64,000 nucleotides of DNA. Source: Iphione sp. A-MEVVRFRX5 (Eukaryota). The stretch covers positions 41,044,001 to 41,108,000 of the forward strand of contig OZ320322.1 of the NCBI GenBank assembly GCA_976226885.1. The letters are read 5' to 3'. Below the pieces are notes generated by a model. It ran no database searches. It saw only the letters and a list, made by a program, of their open reading frames with translations, and was not told the DNA's origin. The position numbers and the translations under genes were made by a program. Below, in pieces: positions 12,589 through 25,420 of this stretch; position 1 is the first letter of the stretch, and every line of letters starts with the position of its first letter.

Positions 12589-15500
12589 GGACAGTACATG
12601 TACATGTATGACGAGATTGTTCGAAAGTCATTTTAATACCTCAATTCAACAATATCCTTTAATCATTGAACAATTTTGATCACTCAATATGACATCGTAA
12701 TTATACCAAAAAGACATTAATAACGTGGTGTTACAGTATCCTTCTTTCACTATGGCCTAGTAAAAATATGTTTTCCGGAACCCAGCCGACCCTTGTTTTA
12801 GTTCCAATGCAAGGCTTAATTTTATTATTGTTTCATAAATATCTTAGAGTAAAGAAAGATACAGATATATTCATAATACACCATTTTGTTGGTTGCATCA
12901 TTGACTTTCATATGATATCAGTTTAGTTAAAATCCAAGCAGCAGAAGTTTGTTGTTTTCAGTAGTAATTAACATTACAAAACACACACGTACCTACTGAC
13001 CCCTTTCCTCACAATTTTACCAGAAACACATGTATTCTTTCTCCACCTAAACCCTATTGATAAGCAAATATGATATTATTGTTCTACCAGAAAGACAATT
13101 TTACCCTTTAATGTGACAATGTCCTTCTATTCATGAACCGTAACTATACGTCCGTGTGACAATATCACCATACCTCAAAGATAATGTTACAACTGATCTT
13201 TTTTAATATCACAATATGTCAGTTGGATATCCCTACATTTTAAAACAGAACACATAAGAAATCGATATGCCCACATAAAGTAGACATTCAATAACCCAGA
13301 AAGTACACAGTTTTAAACTACTATGTATGTATTACCATTTCGCACCATTTTTCTACTTTAGAGGTAAGGCTTCCGAAAAAAAAAACACAATTTGTTGCAG
13401 TGAGTAACTTCCATTGAAAACGACACGTATTACCCCCTTCCCTGTTTCATATGCCTTTTGTACTTGAGGAGATAGAAATGAAGTGGGATGGGACTGAACT
13501 ATCATGCCAGTTACCAAAACAGTCGGTATCCCCCTCACGTCTACCTTATATAATTGGCCGTACCACGCACCTTGTCCCTTTGTAGGAGGGTGACCCAATC
13601 TGCTACTTCCAGGACAGTCGATACTGTCACGGCGACTGACGCAGCACTGGAGGGGACAGTAGTGTGGCTGGCTTCTCTCTAGACTTGAAAGGTCCACATA
13701 CACAGCTTTGGAAACTCTCCGAGCTACATTGTATTGTGTAGTAGGCGTGGAATATATCTACAAGATAAACGAGTCTAAGGGATGACAGATGAACCCGCGG
13801 AGTGGAAAAAAACTCTTTTGCTTTTTGGATGTAGGAACATCACATCTCTGGAAGCTCGCGACGATAAGGACCATCGCCATACTCCCTAGTTAATCCAGGT
13901 CCTTCGATTTCTTTCCCTTACCGAAGAAGGGAACTTGGTGTGTTCTGACTGGCAACATATTGAAGTTAGATAATCTGTCAAGTTCGGTGATGCACAAAAT
14001 CAGTGGCTTCCAGAATGCCCCTTTTTTGACAGTATCAATGGAAAGCTGTACTTAAAACATTCCCTGCCAAGTGGAGTCTATGCCAAAGATGCATCCTGTA
14101 GAAAGGGCCAGATCCGTAGCCATATAGATTCGTCTGACCATGTGCCACTCCATTTTTTATCTTGTGGTTTATTTACCCTTTTTTCATACCAACGATACCT
14201 ACGCCTACCTTTCTTTTCCTCCCATGAAAAACAGGCCACACCTCAGGGAGATATGTTTTCTATTAAGGTGAACATGCACGATAACAGACCCGTGCGATTG
14301 ATCTGAATGAGTTCTGATATTGATGTTGATATTGATAATTATTAATCATCTCCAAAATACATGGTTGGAGGTTTTCATGATTAATGTGCCGAGAAAAGAC
14401 AAAGTGCATGGTGGCTGTAAAGGTGGAAAAATCGGTGGGCAAAGTTGGACAGCAGAGTATGGCAATAAAGTACCGACCTGTGCATGGCTCAGATTACATA
14501 ATAGTCAATAAGCAAACACTCTTCATTTGTTCTAGCTGACGCACGTATGCATTGAAGCACAGGCACAGTGACTCTGATGAAAACATGGAACACAGGCTGT
14601 ACAAGCACTGTTATTCAGTAAAATTGACACACTGGCGTATTGATTCTAACACACTGACGCTGACGTATATAAATGCTCACATGAAACATGTTCCTCACTC
14701 GGAAGTCCCGGTTTTGATGATGTTTTGGATTCCATCCTCTTCTGAAGGGAACACAGCTGTCACTAGTAAAGTATGTGCAGTTGTAACAGTTACATTCAGG
14801 AAACACTAAAAGGTGCCCGACCGTTTTTTGCCCTAACGCAAAGCACCGCGGCTCATTTTAGGTTAGAGCGGGCTTCTTTTTACCTTTAAAATTTCAATCA
14901 TCACTTAAAGCATACAGACATACACACGACCCATATGTTTTCATGGTATAAAAATCGCATGGCAATCAATACACCAAGTCAGCTGGTATGTCAAGACAAT
15001 GGATTATACCACATGCGCATTTATTGACCACTCACAATACGACGAGAACCAGCTATTTATAGTATAAATTCCATTCGTAATAGAAGATATGCGGAAAATA
15101 TTCCACTGTCCTAGCTTGCAGTGACTGAATGTTTATCTTTCACCATGGTCTACATAAAACTTCCATTTGAGTCTCCTTATATGCACGTACATCTTTCTGT
15201 ATTATTACTACTCTAACCATTACCAAATGAGCATGAAATTTGCTACGCATATCGAAGATCGTACACAGGATAATGTATCAAAGTATTAGTTCAACTTTCA
15301 TAGGGAATTCCCAGGATAAAAACTAACAAGGCAAGAGAACACCTTATAACTTTACATCATACTAGTGTTTGCAAATTCTCTAGCTAGATTCGTATCCTTT
15401 TAGGAATATATTGAGATATGTTAACCTACAAAGGATGCACCTCAACGAGTGAGATTGATAAGACCTATTGGAAGATATTGCAGCATGATATTGCAGCCTT

Positions 15501-17551
15501 TATGACAATGTGTATGTGTAAAAGATGAAACATACCCGAATATTCGGATGCGCGCCGTGTACTTCCACGGACCTCGGCTATCTTTGATCTGATACTTGTA
15601 TGAGGAAAGCCTTAGCAGTCACTTTTACTGCCAGTCCCCTATCTTCAAGGCGATCAACATATGAGGAGAGACGAACTGTGGGCAGCCAGGCCGAACTGGG
15701 ACATGCGGGCAGCTCCCCATAGTCTAAGGAACTCGGGGATTATCTCAGGTGAAAAAGCATCTTTCGAGTGCTCGGGCTGCAAGCTTGGGCTCCGTGTGGC
15801 AGTCTTGAGGGAGAAGTGGAGTAGATAGGTGGAGTAAGTAGAAATCGATGAGGGAACATGACAACTCGGCGATAATATCTCCGCATGCTTGAAATAGTTA
15901 ACAGAAAAAAACACGTGATATTTTTTAACATAAAGGAATGTTCCCAAGAACCTCACTTATCTCTTTAGATAGTTTATACAAGGCAGTCCAGAACTAAGTA
16001 CATGTGTCCATGTTTATATGCAATTCATACCCACCGCCTTTAATACAGAAGCACCTGCATAGAATTATCTGTATACTCTTAAAATAGGGTTCAAAATCAA
16101 TCATTTAACATTAGGATATAGTGCATATACAACTGCATTACAAAGGTAGTAAATCCTTAAAACTTAGGCCGCCTAATGACAGAGTGAATCATTAGTAGAA
16201 ACTCGGTGGCGCCGTCTATAGGGAGGGGGATCAGAGGTCTGGCTGGGGAAGGCCAATTGATTGATTTGCACTCACGGTTGACCCGGCAGCCATCTCCCTC
16301 GTTAAATTAACTTTTTGCCCAGTGGACCGCTCCTACCTGTCTTAACGCTACGTCTATATTATCGAATAACACTCACTTTTAACTGTAAGAATCCCATAAA
16401 ATACAAATGTGTCGAGGAACTTGCACTTAATCTTGACGGTCTCCCCAGTCCAAAGTAATACATGTCCTTTTTATCTATATATATATATATGTGAATATTC
16501 CTGTATAATGCAGCTTCTACACTGTTGGAAGAGTAGGAAAGCTAGTTTGAATGATCAAAACCTTAAATTCAACGTACAAAGGGTCTTTTAGAATGGCTGT
16601 TTTTGAAATTAGAAGTGTGAAGAGACAAAAAGGCCGATTACCAAGCTTGGCCTCATTGTATGGTTCATGTAAAATGGTCCCGTAGATACACAACCCTGTA
16701 GCAGGGAATATCATACTATAGCATGGGCTTGCTACAAGAAGGTTCGCCGCATATCTAATTGTACTTCTACCCCCGATGGGGTGCCACCTTTCAATGTGAA
16801 TCCGTCGCAGTCGAGCAGGTGTCTTTAGAAAATCAATAGACCCAATGCATGTACCGTGAACACCCTCCATGCTCCCATATTGAACCAATCAGATTGCGAC
16901 GATTTATCTCGCTGAACTTAAGCTGATACATGTGATCGGGAGGTAGAGTTAGACTTCCAATCAATATTGTGCAGCTTATCTCTGGAAAGCCCTGCTGATA
17001 ATACACTCACCAGTATTTCCCATCTGTCATAACTATTTCAATGGAGAGGAATGTTACAGATACTTCAATATCATGCATGGTTCACCCAGTTTACTGCTTA
17101 AAGTCTTATTAAAGCTTATGATTTTTTTTCAAATTCAAGTTTCTACTTATAGGTTTTGGTTCCGCTAATCTTTTCTCATTAAGATATGTACTGGTTATTC
17201 TGCTCTACCTTTTTTGAGTTTTTTTGATCACCAAGACTGATTTTCAGCCGTGAAGCATTATTCATTCCTCTTACCTCCCGATCTATCTGCCCCCACCCAC
17301 CCCTTCTGATTACCGGACCTCAAACCACTCCTGTCTTTCTTTTTATGTTCCTATGGGAACCGCTAGTGCTTTATGTAATCTTCTGTTTATATTGTGTCCT
17401 GTCATTGTGTTTCCACTTGCTGTGGTGGTCTGCCTCTCTTGGGACTCAGACCCGAATTGTTCATTTGAGGTGCTGATACTATTCTTATCCATTCCAGTAC
17501 TGCAACCACTAGGGATTCGAACCTGCAGCAAGCAAGGTGCTGTCTGTTTGG

Positions 17552-17553
<2 letters not shown>

Positions 17554-17589
<36 letters not shown>
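17554..17589. repeat. (CT)n microsatellite
   Basis: Read directly. Confidence 0.95.
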
Positions 17590-17592
<3 letters not shown>

Positions 17593-18378
17593 CCTGTTAT
17601 GTGTCATCAAAATGTGATGTATATACAATGTTAATGCTCTTTCTCTGTTTTCCTGCTGTGGGTGACCACAATTTGATGCATGTGTACTTGTAATGCTTTC
17701 ATAAAGACACCAATAGCATGACCCCTGGTCAAACCCCCTGTGGCACCCGCATTGACCAAAATTCGAATTCTGCTAATGCCTAAAACACCAATTACACCTA
17801 CATCTGATCACATTGACATTATATAAAGAATAGGATAAAGAATAAAAAAGGTCCTTAAATTGGATCGATTGGCCAGAACAAGATAATTACACAATGTCAA
17901 TTACTGCATGTATATTAGAAAATCCACTTGCATAAGCTAAGAAAGAGGATACAGAGCAATGAAATATAGTTACCTGGTTTTGACCAAGTGAATTATATCA
18001 AAAAGACACATAGACTTAAATTTCAGAAAGAATACACGCGTGATGTTCACCACATACTATTATAAAAACGCACTGTAAACAAAGAAGACCAAACATGTGA
18101 TAGTTCTAACATGATACAATTGCAAGAAGATTGTTGAGAGTGGTCCTGAATTGAAAGAATTGAAGAGAAACGTGACGAAATATATTTTTGACAATGGGTG
18201 AATTCAATAACATTGTCCAAACAAAGGATTGCACATGCATATGAAAAACGAATTACATATTCCGTTATGCATAGGTTATGTACATATTCAGAAATAAAAT
18301 AAATGAATGAAATTCCACATATCCGTAAGAATTAAAGACATCTTCAGTAGGTTGCAGGTCGTGTCTGGCCGAAAATAT

Positions 18379-18400
18379 GGGTTTAGGGTTAGGGTTAGGG
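18379..18400 (+). repeat. Short interstitial telomere-type repeat GGGT(TTAGGG)3
   Basis: Read directly from the sequence. Confidence 0.8.
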
Positions 18401-18431
18401 TAAGGAGGAAACCCACCACATCTCCCTTTTT

Positions 18432-18434
<3 letters not shown>

Positions 18435-18470
<36 letters not shown>
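18435..18470. repeat. (TC)n microsatellite
   Basis: Read directly. Confidence 0.95.
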
Positions 18471-18473
<3 letters not shown>

Positions 18474-21400
18474 CTTCCTCTCTATTTTCAGGTATGTGTT
18501 ATTGGTCATTGGATAATCAAAAAGAGCATCGAGGCCTCTGGCCTGCCATATCACAATAGTCCAAAGCTTCTAGATTGAATCGAAGAGTAATTGTCACCTT
18601 TAAAGCGCAAACATCTTGACTGGGTAGGCACATAGACTTGAGGGTGGGTTGGCTTACACCAGTTCAAGTCCTCATCAATCTGTTCACTAAAATCAAACCA
18701 CTCAGTGCAAGCACTTCATGCTTTATTTCACTGTAACCAGACGGCGTCACGTGTTATATAATGCTTATTCATGTTCTTGGCCACACAAGGTTGTAATAAC
18801 AAGAAGACAGTTAAACACAACGTATAATTTATCAGAATATCTAAAAAAATAATTTTTTGTATTTTCATTCTTATGGTGTTTATTCAGGTAGTTTTTGCTT
18901 TTCATGCTTTTGGTTTTCACGCAGGTAGTTGTGGTTCCTGTGTTAAGTACTGCGCCGGCCTCGGATAGATGACTGTTTTCGCTGTTTATTCAGTCCGCTG
19001 TAGGTTGTCTGTTTGCGCTTTTTATTCAGGTAGATGTGGTCTCTCTTGCTTTCCGAGTTGTGTGCCGGTCTGCCATCTCTGTTTTGTATGTCATCAACCA
19101 GCTCATAACTGGCCCCTAGCACCAGCTGAACCTTGTTGTCCTTGGTCAGCCAGTTTACCCAGTGCCCAGACCATTTAAAGCATTGCATTGTACAAAGACT
19201 ATCCCCCCTCCCCGCCTCACCCCCTCACCCCCGTCTTCCTTACACCTGCTGTCACCTCCGATAGACGTAAGGCAGACAGCGATTGCACTGCTGTGCAGTG
19301 CAGATAGGCCATACCAGCACTTACCTAAGAGAGTGTAAGGCTTGGCGCACCGGTCATTGGTGGATATTCCTCGCACGCGGCGCCCCTTTTAGGCCGACAG
19401 AGCTCGACGGCTGCAACTGGAGGAGGAATCCTTAAAGGCGCTTTTGATCAGTGTCCGTGGAGGAGACGGAGTGACAGGCTTGGGGGTGGGTTGTAAGGCT
19501 TGCGCCTCCGAAGGCGAGACGGGATCTGACCGCCTCCGATTCCGTTTGATATGAAGAGCGGATGGGGGAGGGTGGTTTGAGGGGTGGGCTCTGTGGCGAC
19601 CACGTTAAGAAATGACAAATGGATCCTGCTGTGATCTCCGGCGGCCACAGACCGCCCTGGGGAGTGTTTACGGTCGTCATCCGAGGGGCCACCAATTCTT
19701 TACTCTCTCTTTGTTTTCCTCGCCGATCTGTCAAAGTGTTACTTAAACAATGCTCATCATCTGGCTAAAGCCCGACGTGGTCCACGTTTAAAGGGCTGCC
19801 GTCCCCTCCCCCCTCCCACTGCGATCCCAAAGATCAATTAATCCTGCACTTAATACGCACAACCAATAGACCCGGCCGTGTGAGATCTGCGGCGAGATTT
19901 TTGCCAGGCGCTTCACTTGATTAACATGGGTATTTATCACATTCTCCCTTGATGGGATTTTAAAATTATGTCGTCACTTAATTATGAAGCTTGCTTCCTT
20001 GTCCGGAACATCGGCACGGTTCTCCCCTCAGGAGGAGCAGTTTTCGGTTGACATCTCAGTGAATCCTGCGTAAATCTCACGTTGCGATAATTTGATATAG
20101 CTATCTTACATATTACACTATGAGTTGAAATATAAAAAATCCTGTCTAGATTGCAGCTTTAGGTCTTGAAAAAATTAACGTTCTTAGATGTTGATAGTGC
20201 CCTCAAGTACCTAGTCAAGAAATAACGTATTGTATTAAAACTAAGTATATCACGTCAATTCCAACGTCAAAGTAAGCTTCTTTTTTAGTTAACTGATTTG
20301 TTAAATTGATAAAAAGAGTGCTATTCTAATACAGTGTGGCATTGTAATACAACCAAAGAGAATAAACGACCACAATTCATCTGCTTCATTATAGCAAAAT
20401 CCCTCCCCGACTGGCGCATTGAATTTGGTTATGTTGACTACAACTCGATGTATTCTAGTTATATTTATTAAACACTCGTTATCCAATAATAATAGGATGA
20501 AAAAACCTTTACTAAGGATTTATTTCGAACTTCACTCTCATTAAAACATTTTGCTGTGCGCAGGATAAGGTGTGGGGCTGCATTGTGTTACCGGGCAATT
20601 GGTCTTACGAACACCGTTGCCAGTAGCGCATTCCATTCGCCGTGCTTCAGTGAAACTACGTGCCTGTAGTTGTAGAATACATGGGCCGTCTGCTGGGTGT
20701 AGTCAAACTGATGAACAACATGCCCTCATCATATGATTACTATCATTACCTGGAGATTAGTGGCAGATAGAACGAGGAATGCTGGGAACCGAGGGTAGGT
20801 CAACGTATAGGCCATCCACTTTTATAAGGAGCTCAGCATTTCTGACATTCTGCTTGGAAAAAAGTTAACATGGGCGTTCTCTCGTTTCCCTTCTCCATCT
20901 CTCATTCTCTCTCTTTCTTTCTTTTTCTCTCTCATTCTGTCTCTGTCCTTTCTAGCTGTCTCCCCCTCATTTTCGCTTTGTTTGCACTATCCGCACAAAC
21001 TTTCTGTCTTTGCCTGCACTAAATTAAGTACATTTGCAAGCATGTTATTAGTGTTGCATTGAGCACATGCATAGCATGGTAATTTTTTGTGGGTAAGCTT
21101 TTTTTTTAACAAAAAAAACGTGATTACCCTCTCAATAGTACGTTTCATAATACATCACAGTTCAGTGGGGTGCTTATGTGTTGTAATATTTAATGATCGG
21201 ATGTTATCTCTAGCGCCACGAGAGATGTCTCTAAGAGGCAGGTTCCCACAACTGCTGATAGAAAGAAGGTGAATTTTGGAAACCGGGCGTCGATCGGATG
21301 CTGGCACATCTTGAAACTGGTAAGATTTATCATATACAGGGTTTCCTCGTTATTTCGAGACTGACTTGCAGAGGTAAGAAATAGTATTTTACTATTCATA

Positions 21401-22724
21401 CTCATATTATCACCCGTCCAGCTTATTGATTCTTATGTAGAGGTGCAAACTCAGTTAACGATCCTATTTGGCGGAGGTCTTTATGGATCTCTTATCCATA
21501 AAAAAGCAAGGTTTGCTCTAATAGTCAATCTATGAACCACAAGATTAACGTCCCGTTTCCTTCCTCTAGAGTCAGCATATGAGACCCAAATAAAGAAAAC
21601 AACTTGAAATGGCGTATCGTGCATTCTCATTGGTGATAAACAAATAAGTCAGTCGAAGCCATTTATTAAAAAAACAGGAAGGTTCTACATACTTGCGTTG
21701 ATTTCCGTAAACCATCAATGAATGCATTTCTGATCCATTTTAAAACCGTTTTATCTGTTCTGCTTGGTGTCACATACCTGGAGAAATTATAATTTACACG
21801 ACCTCATTTGAATTATTGGTAGTGAGAATTGTTTCCTTGATTATTTCGGATGATAAACCATTATAAATCAGAAAACACTACGGTAAACGGAAACACGTGT
21901 ACATGTATAATTATAATTTAATCGCTGATGAATACTTCAACCTTTTCCCGGCAGACGTCAGCACAAGCATCATAACCTGGTGGCGCTTAGGCCACACGGT
22001 GAGGTCGTCTGGTGGAAGTTCAGTACTTCCGAGGCACCTGGTGCTTGCAATGATTCTACACCTACAAGTATCTGTATGGTAATAAAGCCGCTCAATTGTA
22101 AGACATCGTGTCCTGGTAATTCGTAAGTGGTATTGATGGAACCTTCCAAGTAAATGACTAATACATATATACAAGGAAACCTAAATAGCGGACAATAACA
22201 TCCAAACCAATTACAAGGTAGTAACCTATGCAACGATCAGTTTAATATACACATTCACATGTATCTTCAACGACTGTACCTTTTCTAAGTTCTCATGTTT
22301 ACTTTAGATGTTCTTAAATCGGCCTCCCGCTTATGAAAATATCAAGTGTGGGTGTCAGCAATTTAAGCGAAATTCTACTTGGAGATGCTAATTACACTAC
22401 CTATATAAAACGTTGCTGAAAGTAGTCTGGCTGCCATCGGACTGTCATCTCATTCTGATGTGATTATACCCAAATGCATAATTTTTATTACTACTTCATC
22501 CATAATTATATTGTAAGCCAAAAGAGGAATGATTATTCATCTTTTATGTATGTAAAATGCTTATTACTAAAAAGTATATGCCATATGTGGCCCTACTTTC
22601 TATGCAGACTGGTGTATTCCTACCCACCTCTGTTCAGTCAAGCAGAACCGAGGATGTAAAAGGCCAGATGGGTCTGTACTTTGACCCCTTCCCCTAGCAC
22701 ACTACACACACACTCTAACCAACC

Positions 22725-24948
22725 AGTGCAGGTGCCGAAGGCACTTGTTACACTACCTATATAAAACGGTGCCTGAAAGTAGTCCGGCCATGGTGGCAGA
22801 CATCTTGGAAGGAAGAGTATCACTACACCTATGTGCAATCAAGCATGGCCAAGGGTTGTAAAAAGTAGTACCAGCCATGGCCAGTCTGGATTTGACCTTC
22901 CAGGGCGGGAGGGGGATTGGGAGTGTGTGTGTGTGTCCAGGTGCCAAAGGCACTTGTTCTCATATAAGACATCTCTAATCTAATATGGATAACCAGTGTG
23001 TTGATTAAAGGTCAAATGTTCCATGCACATCGTTAAGGCTTAAACGAAAGTAGTATATGAAAAGGAACTTTTATTCTGGCAATATATGTCCGCGAAATTA
23101 GGGAACATTGAACTGGGACAGGTCAATTCCAAAAGGTTCTTAAACTGAGACAGAGGGAGAGAAAGGGAGAGAAAGTCAGATAAACGTATGTATCTTTATA
23201 ATCTCTATCAACACTTCCAAACCAGTCCTGCAGTTGTACTCAGACTTTCCTAACAAAATGAAATCATCTAAATAATTTATCACGTGGCATTCAATCCCAC
23301 AATTCTTAAAGGTTTTCCTGGAGAAATCCGAAATTCGCGAAAAGAAATTGCATGGAGTGCACCTCAGACTGAAGGTTAAGGTGTTGTTAACATAGAATTC
23401 ATCTGAACCTTTTTCAATTCCACCTGAATCCCTGATAAATTCTATGCTGGTTCCTGACAGGCACAGACCTGTCCCCATTTCTGATGTCGACAGTGCTCAT
23501 GTAATTCCCTACACCGAGGATGGCAGCTACGTCATTCACCAAATAAGAAAAATCCTCCAAAAATGACTAAATGATTATTATTGATCGATTTTTAAGGTGA
23601 GAGCAATCTGCTATTGGACGTAAGGAACAGTCTGACCTCTCCATCCCTCCCCCCGCTTGAATGAATGTATCTAGGGTTATCATCAACTCTGAAGATGTAA
23701 CCTTTGGCCAACTCTGTTTCAACCTTTCCATCCATGTATGACTTGGACTTCTCCTCCAGAACTGCCTTATAGTTCTCACAATCATACGAGACCTCTGTGT
23801 GATCTACGGTCTTGAAGCCACACACAATACCTGAAAAATAAACCCCCTAGGGTCAACTTCATTCTACTCAGTAAAAAAATACCTCGAAAACCTACAAGGT
23901 AATAATTGGGATGCAACCCCACCAATATTGTACTTACAACCACACACATTTGACTAACATCTATCGTAGACTGCGATAGCATACGAAACATTATATAGGA
24001 AAAATAGTGATTTACCATTGCATGAGACTTCTTCAAACTGGAGGTTCATCACTCCTCCCGTCTCAAAGGATTTTGAACTACGTGCACTTATGTCCCATAG
24101 GGTCCATGATAACATGACTTGGGAATCTGTATGATTTTTATACCAATCGAAGTAGTGCAGGTGCCGAAGGCACTTGTTACACTACCTATATAAAACGGTG
24201 CCTGAAAGTAGTCCAGCCATGGTGGCAGACATCTTGGAAGGAAGAGTATCACTACACCTATGTGCAATCAAGCATGGCCAAGGGTTGTAAAAAGTAGTAC
24301 CAGCCATGGCCAGTCTGGATTTGACCTTCCAGGGCGGGAGGGGGATTGGGAGTGTGTGTGTGTGTCCAGGTGCCAAAGGCACTTGTTCTCATATAAGACA
24401 TCTCTAATCTAATATGGATAACCAGTGTGTTGATTAAAGGTCAAATGTTCCATGCACATCGTTAAGGCTTAAACGAAAGTAGTATATGAAAAGGAACTTT
24501 TATTCTGGCAATATATGTCCGCGAAATTAGGGAACATTGAACTGAGACAGGTCAATTCCAAAAGGTTCTTAAACTGAGACAGAGGGAGAGAAAGGGAGAG
24601 AAAGTCAGATAAACGTATGTATCTTTATAATCTCTATCAACTCTTCCAAACCAGTCCTGCAGTTGTACTCAGACTTTCCTAACAAAATGAAATCATCTAA
24701 ATAATTTATCATATTTATCACCAATATTGTACTTACAACCACACACATTTGACTAACATCTATCGTAGACTGCGATAGCATACGAAACATTATATAGGAA
24801 AAATAGTGATTTACCATTGCATGAGACTTCTTCAAACTGGAGGTTCATCACTCCTCCCGTCTCAAAGGATTTTGAACTACGTGCACTTATGTCCCATAGG
24901 GTCCATGATAACATGACTTGGGAATCTGTATGATTTTTATACCAATCG
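22725..24948. repeat. Local direct duplication with A-C-B-A'-B' structure
   Basis: A 22725-23282 = A' 24154-24711 (558 bp, 3 substitutions seen). B 23920-24149 = B' 24719-24948 (230 bp, no differences seen). C (23283-23919) is single-copy. Confidence 0.95.
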
Positions 24949-25420
24949 CATAAAACTTTTACGCTTTCCTTATCCAGCAACATGGAGTCCTCCTTGACAA
25001 AAACAGCATCATTCAAAGTTTTAGCATCTAAATTATTAGAAAATAAATTTTTTCTTTCATCTTCTACATGATTGCTTGCCAAATCTTCCACGTCGCGGAT
25101 GCCTCATTCGATTTTCCTAGTCTTTGAAGTCTTTGAATCATTCGAATTATTGAAATCGTTGGCACATCCAAAACCACGGTGGCCAACGTCACCGCAAAGG
25201 AGGCAATCATGTCTTAAGCTGCAGCTACCCCTATCACATGTACCACTATTTTATCTGTAGCAGATCTTTTCAGACACATTTCTTTTCTCAAACCTCCTTC
25301 TGATTTAGAAGATTTCCTTTGGTCATTTACAATCTAGGCATCAAACTCGAGAAGATCTCCAACCTTTGGCAAGAGCTCAAATTTATCAATAGTCCATACT
25401 TTCCATTCAGTTATTCAAGG
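23190..25420 (-). mobile_element. Degenerate DIRS-order (tyrosine recombinase) retrotransposon: gag C-terminus and RT
   Basis: Perfect CX2CX4HX4C knuckle CLLCGDVGHRGFGC at 25164-25205, then SQLLPCRF, YDCENYKAV...ELAKGYIFRVDDNPRYIH, FYVNNTLTFSLRCTP and INYLDDFILLG (YLDD ~23264-23275). Many stops and frameshifts; no RNase H or YR seen. Confidence 0.75.

Noticed and set aside
17512-17523. B-box GGTTCGAATCCC on the minus strand (similar at ~25446)
   Set aside because: No A-box at proper distance and no cloverleaf; not a tRNA gene, at most a SINE trace.
18750-19740. Possible LTR (TGTTATATAA...), PBS-like TGGTGGCCC and degenerate knuckle QCFKWSGHW
   Set aside because: No second LTR and the motifs are incomplete and on conflicting strands; at most an unclassifiable old relic.
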